This document shows positions 27,498 through 32,000 of a DNA stretch of 32,000 nt, one piece after another. The position numbers and the translations under genes were made by a program. The notes below the pieces were generated by a model. It was given only the letters and a program-made list of their open reading frames with translations. It did no database searches and was not told the DNA's origin. The stretch is from Okeania sp. (lineage in GTDB: Bacteria; Cyanobacteriota; Cyanobacteriia; Cyanobacteriales; Microcoleaceae). Positions within the stretch are counted from its first letter, which is position 1, and every line of letters begins with the position of its first letter. The stretch is from positions 1-32,000 of the forward strand of contig NZ_JAYKGW010000226.1 of assembly GCF_035285525.1 (NCBI RefSeq). The letters are read 5' to 3'.

Positions 27498-28346
27498 AAA
27501 AAAACTGGGTTTTAGGGAACAGGGAACAGGTATGGAGAGAATAGAATAAAAATAGATGTGCCTTATAACTTTGGGAAACGCTATAAAACCCTTGAATATT
27601 ATTTATTAATTATGTAATAATTTAGCAGTCAGCCGTCAGCTATCAGCTATTATTTTTTATTTTACATAAAAACTTTATTTAAACCCCAGCCTTTAAGAGC
27701 AAAGTTTTATTGAGCCAGAATTAATCTTAACTACAAAAAACTGGTCTTATAGCTGATAGTTAATAGCTCAGTTCTCACTTAATTATAACTCCTAACTGCC
27801 ACCAAAATCTTGCGACATATAGCGTATTTAATTTTCAGCAATTAATAATGAACAATTAATCATTGCCCCTTCTTCAAAGAAGGGGATTGACTAATCATGA
27901 ACATTTTTGATTTATCCCCTAGGATAGGGGAGGCTTCCAGCCGTGAATTATGAATTATTAATTATTCGGTAAGCATTTCCTGCGGAATGCACTCCCATTC
28001 AGCTATTAGTAGTTAGCCCTTCCTCCGGAATGCACTCCCATTCAACTTTTCCTGGGTTATGGTATTTAACTTTCCGGAGTGAAAATAATTCCTCTTTCCA
28101 GAATCATGAATTAATAACTCATTACTGTTAGCTAAGAGTTGACGAATGAATACTTATATTTAATCTGAATATGCTAAAGTTATTACCAATAGAGAATTAA
28201 TAATTAGAGGTATAGCAATCATAAATTAGATGTGAGAACTCCTGCATAAACCAAGTTTAATAGAATGACAGTACCATTTATATCCTCTTCTCACAAATCA
28301 CAACTGACTGCTATAGTTTTGATTATTAATTATCAATTATGAATTA

Positions 28347-30581
28347 TTAATTATTCCAGAATTTTAGATAAAATATTGTTCCCTCTCCATAAATAGATTT
28401 CACCCAAATTTGACCATTATGACGTTCCATAATTTTTTTCACTATGGTTAAACCGACTCCGATTCCACCCCCAAATTTATTTTTACTATGTAATCGTTTA
28501 AAAATTTGAAAAATAGTATTTTGATACTTTTCTCGAATACCGATACCATTATCTTTGATATATATAATATTTGCAGATTCTTCAGTTTCTTTATAACCTA
28601 TTTCGACAATTTTCTCTTCTTTTAAATTATACTTAACTGCATTAGTAATTAAATTGCTAAATACTTGTTCTAGAAGGATTTTATCTCCATAAATTACTGG
28701 TAACTTATTCAGTTTTTTTACTTGAAAAGATATATCTGGTTTACTAACCCGAACCATCTCAGACACATTGTCAATTAATTCATTCAAATTAATAGCAGAT
28801 TTATGGAGTTCTTGACGACCTAAACGAGAGAAATATAACAAAGCATTAATTAAATCCTCCATTCGTTGACTTAAACGCGCCAAAGTCTCTAATTTATCTC
28901 GACCATCTTGATCGATAATTTCTCCATAATCTTCCATCAAAAATGTTGAATAATTATGAATACCTCGCAATGGTTCTTTTAAATCATGGGAAGCAAAATA
29001 AGTAAAAGAATCTAACTCACTATTAGTTTTTTCTAATTCCAAATTAATCTTTGCTAATTCAGAAATTCTGCGCATTACAATTCCCACAATTGCAGTTTTA
29101 AACTCTTGCGCTCCTTCTATTTCATAAGGTTGCCAAGGTAAGGAATGAAATTGAACTATTTCTTGCCATTCCTCAAAAGATTTCCGAGGACAAAGTTTCA
29201 TTGTACCATTAGATTCAATCTCAATTGGATATTCTGGATTTCCTGCCCAATTAACTGTTTGACTTACTTCTGGTCGAAACCATAAAATATAAATTTCTTG
29301 TACTTTAGCAATTTCTAATACTAATAATCCACTACCAACCTCTTTAAATTCTTGAGCTGGTGGGTAAATTATTGGCAAAGAATTAGTTGCATAAATATCA
29401 GTGTAAATCTGATTTTTTACCCAATTTAATAGTTCTGTAATTTCGGCATCTTTTGGTATTTTTCCTACCTTATGGTACTCTCCTTCCAGAGAAATTACAG
29501 CTCCAGTTCCTCCCACAATTGTTAATAATTTACTATCAATATTTTTGATAACATTTAATAAATCTTCTGACTCAGAAATAATCTTAATTACTTCAGCTCG
29601 AACCGACTTCAGAGCAATTTGATAATCTAAATTATCATTCTGTTCTCTAACTGGAATATGAATCGACATTATTTGACCTAAAAATTCACAAACCACTCGT
29701 TTATTGTAGGGAATATATTTAACTGATTGGTGATGGCAAGCAATTAATCCCCATAATTTGCCTTCTTTAAGCAGAGAAATTCCCATTGAAGCCATAACAC
29801 CCATATTATCCAGATATTCTACATGACAATCAGAAACACCCCGCAACACAGAAAAAGTTAAATTTAGAGGTTGTTTAGTTAAGGGATTATATTTAGGTAT
29901 TAACTCCACAGCTCGACAGTGAATATTAGGAATAATGCGTAGAGAATTAACAGAAAAAAGCTCTCTTACTGGTTGGGGAACATCATAAGCAGGATAATGT
30001 AAACCTAAATATGTTTCCATATTTTCTCGTTTATCTTCGGCGATAACTTCTCCATTATCATCAGGATGAAATTTGTAAATCATTACTCGATCAAAACCAG
30101 TAATTTTGCGAACTTCTTTAACTATAATTTCACAAAGTTCCTGTAAATTAGCCGATTTTTGAATTAGATTAATTGTGGGAAAAGTGAGTCGATAAAACTG
30201 GGAAAAATCTGGCTTTGATTTATCTGCACAAAGTTCAATTTCTAGTATTACAACCTCATTATGACGATGAACAATAGTGTTAAATAATTTAACTTCATTT
30301 CCACATTTAATAGATAATTGCAGTGGATTTATACATTGAAAATCTCCCACTAAATTATTATTAATTTTATCTATTTGATGTGGTGCTAAGAGACAGTTAA
30401 TGTTTTGTTGGAGTAGATTTTCTGGAGGAATATTTAGGAATTCTCCTGTATTACTACTAACTTGAATAATCTTAAACTCTGGCTCTTGTAAAACCAATAA
30501 TACTCCATGATCTTGAATGTAGTCAGGAATATTAATTTGTTCGTTATAGTTATTAGTGAAATTTACTTTTTTAGTATCCAT
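28347..30581 (-). CDS. cph1: Cph1-type cyanobacterial phytochrome histidine kinase (PAS-GAF-PHY-HisKA-HATPase_c)
   Basis: 744 aa. The N-terminus has IQDHGVLLVLQEP. The GAF domain has the chromophore Cys-His (VSDCHVEYLDNMGVMASMGISL), and there is no N-terminal BphP-type Cys. The H-box is ASHDLKEPLRGI and the G-box is DNGIGI...GGIGVGL. The symbol is by analogy. Confidence 0.92.
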   Translation of the reverse strand: MDTKKVNFTNNYNEQINIPDYIQDHGVLLVLQEPEFKIIQVSSNTGEFLNIPPENLLQQNINCLLAPHQIDKINNNLVGDFQCINPLQLSIKCGNEVKLFNTIVHRHNEVVILEIELCADKSKPDFSQFYRLTFPTINLIQKSANLQELCEIIVKEVRKITGFDRVMIYKFHPDDNGEVIAEDKRENMETYLGLHYPAYDVPQPVRELFSVNSLRIIPNIHCRAVELIPKYNPLTKQPLNLTFSVLRGVSDCHVEYLDNMGVMASMGISLLKEGKLWGLIACHHQSVKYIPYNKRVVCEFLGQIMSIHIPVREQNDNLDYQIALKSVRAEVIKIISESEDLLNVIKNIDSKLLTIVGGTGAVISLEGEYHKVGKIPKDAEITELLNWVKNQIYTDIYATNSLPIIYPPAQEFKEVGSGLLVLEIAKVQEIYILWFRPEVSQTVNWAGNPEYPIEIESNGTMKLCPRKSFEEWQEIVQFHSLPWQPYEIEGAQEFKTAIVGIVMRRISELAKINLELEKTNSELDSFTYFASHDLKEPLRGIHNYSTFLMEDYGEIIDQDGRDKLETLARLSQRMEDLINALLYFSRLGRQELHKSAINLNELIDNVSEMVRVSKPDISFQVKKLNKLPVIYGDKILLEQVFSNLITNAVKYNLKEEKIVEIGYKETEESANIIYIKDNGIGIREKYQNTIFQIFKRLHSKNKFGGGIGVGLTIVKKIMERHNGQIWVKSIYGEGTIFYLKFWNN

Positions 30582-30912
30582 TTTACCTGATTATAATTTT
30601 TGATTCTAGATTCTTTATTTGTAAGTATAGCAATTCCCATACTTGTGAGGTACAGTTTTCTATCCCCCTTTTAAAGCATAGCTTTATAAGGAACTCTGAA
30701 ACCCTTATGGAAGAAAAGGTAGACAAGGTAGACAAGGTAGATGGGTAAGAGGAGGGAGTAAGAATTTTGTCTATATTCTTCACTTATAGTGTCTGATTCA
30801 ATACACTTTTCTCCACAAAAAAAGCCGACGCCAGGCTTTCACATAACTTGTCTCTTTTGTCAATTTTTATGAAAAGAGAAAGATGTTTATAAAGCATAGC
30901 TTTGAAAGGGGG

Positions 30913-30968
30913 GAAGTGAACAAAAAGTCTCCCTTTTAAAGGGGGGGAAGTGAACAAAAAGTCCCCCC
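30913..30968. repeat. Short copy (1.6 units) of the GAAGTGAACAAAAAGTCCCCCTTTTAAAGGGGG tandem unit
   Basis: gaagtgaacaaaaagtctcccttttaaaggggggg aagtgaacaaaaagtcccccc. It is preceded by the same aaagcatagctttgaaagggggg leader as the array at 31204. Confidence 0.85.
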
Positions 30969-31203
30969 GATGATGCGCTATCCCTTACCCATAACTCCTG
31001 AAAAGGTTGTGGGGAGAGGGGGAGAAGGGAGTAGGGGAGAAAGGAGAAAATATGATAGTAGCCAAGTAAAACTACTTAAATAACTGCAAAAAAATATGTT
31101 TTTTTTACATTTTTATCCTGAAAAAGCCAAATTAAAACTTACCCATAATTTGTCAATTTTTATATTAAGAAATATGTGGGTAAAGCATAGCTTTGAAAGG
31201 GGG

Positions 31204-31374
31204 GAAGTGAAGAAAAAGTCCCCCTTTCAAAGGGGGGGGGAAGTGAAGAAAAAGTCCCCCTTTTAAAGGGGGAGAAGTGAAGAAAAAGTCCCCCTTTTAA
31301 AGGGGGGGGAAGTGAACAAAAAGTCCTCCTTTTAAAGGGGGGAAGTGAACAAAAAGTCTCCCTTTTAAAGGGGG
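31204..31374. repeat. Tandem array of five 33-37 bp hairpin units with variable poly-G length
   Basis: Five units of gaagtgaa(g/c)aaaaagtc(c/t)(c/t)cc ttt(t/c)aaa g5-9. The whole unit repeats and there are no unique spacers. Confidence 0.9.
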
Positions 31375-31570
31375 ATTTAGGGGGATTATCAATGTACCTT
31401 ACAAGAAAAGGGAAATGCTATAGTCAGCTAACAGCAATATGAACCAAATTTCCATAACCAAAACCTTGTAGGGACGTTCCATGTAACGTCTGTAGTCTAC
31501 CAAAATGAAAACTACTGTAATGCTGACGTTATAATTATATTATGTAGTCAATTTAAACAAGGAAATAAAA

Positions 31571-31921
31571 ATGAATAATTGGAAAAAATATCTAATTAAT
31601 ACTGCTTGTGTTTCTCTATGTTTATTAGGCTTGAATACAGTTGCCCTAGCTATCAACCCTAAAACAAAGATTGTACCAACTCCAAAATATCAACTGGCTC
31701 AAACTCCTGTTGGTTATTGTACAGTATCAGACCCAACTGATTCACCTTTGAATGTACGACAAAAACCAAATGGTACAATAATTGGTACTCTGGAAGATGG
31801 TGCAGTAGTTGCTATTGGAGTTACTGATGGTAGTGAAGGTAGAAATTGGACCAGAATTATTCGTCCAATAGAGGGTTATGTATGGTCACAATATTTAACA
31901 GATTGTCAATATAAGTATTAG
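31571..31921 (+). CDS. Secreted bacterial SH3 (SH3b) domain protein
   Basis: 116 aa. The N-terminal hydrophobic signal is MNNWKKYLINTACVSLCLLGLNTVALA, followed by PLNVRQKPNGTIIGTLEDGAVVAI...WTRI...GYVWSQYL, an SH3_3 pattern. Confidence 0.75.
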   Translation: MNNWKKYLINTACVSLCLLGLNTVALAINPKTKIVPTPKYQLAQTPVGYCTVSDPTDSPLNVRQKPNGTIIGTLEDGAVVAIGVTDGSEGRNWTRIIRPIEGYVWSQYLTDCQYKY

Positions 31922-32000
31922 AAAAAGGGAGTAGGAAGTAGGGAAAAATAATTGATTAATTAAGAGTGTAATAATTGACTTGATTTTTTATTACTATAAA

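Noticed and set aside
30583-30783. 66-aa minus-strand ORF ending 1 nt before the phytochrome start
   Set aside because: Its sequence is driven by a 9-nt tandem repeat (caaggtaga x3, giving STLSTLSTF) and other repeat DNA. It has no domain. It is more likely leader or promoter DNA.
31204-31374. CRISPR-like regular array of GC-rich palindromic repeats
   Set aside because: The whole 33-37 bp unit repeats and there are no unique spacers. The period is too short for repeat plus spacer. No cas genes are in the window.

Overview
This is an AT-rich, repeat-saturated chromosomal segment that looks like a filamentous Nostocales-type cyanobacterium. That assignment is an inference from gene content (plastocyanin, cytochrome c6, Cph1-type phytochrome, ycf35) and from heptameric STRR-like repeats plus many small palindromic or MITE-like dispersed repeats. 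About 20 genes look intact. They include riboflavin synthase, a bifunctional-nuclease-domain protein, an aldo/keto reductase with an Fe-S tail, a GGCT-like protein, and a BlaI/BlaR1-type regulator-protease pair (PetR/PetP-like) divergent from petE and followed by petJ. The remainder are a saccharopine-dehydrogenase-like oxidoreductase, DUF2997-ycf35, a single-cluster ferredoxin, a ~1200-aa REC-CBS-GAF-HK-REC-HPt hybrid kinase, an Rcp1-like receiver, a Cph1-like phytochrome and an SH3b protein. The first ~8 kb is accessory. It holds two divergent paralogous P-loop GTPase-like genes of unknown function among at least seven decayed toxin-antitoxin or Uma2 genes (in-frame stops, frameshifts, one MITE insertion). 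It also holds a DsbD_2/ferric-reductase fusion membrane protein with a small secreted partner. The most noteworthy points are these: (1) the complete copper-switch module, with the same TGACrrGCTGTC box in both the petE and petJ promoters; (2) the orphan GTPase pair; (3) a dispersed ~90-125 nt element that ends at or near the start codons of several signalling genes; (4) tandem arrays, namely terminator-like hairpins upstream of the phytochrome, a 209-bp promoter-region duplication, and a repeat that supplies the 3' end of the petP-like gene. I recognised no rRNA, tRNA, CRISPR array or intact transposase. All homology calls come from reading the translated ORFs by eye, and no database search was run.
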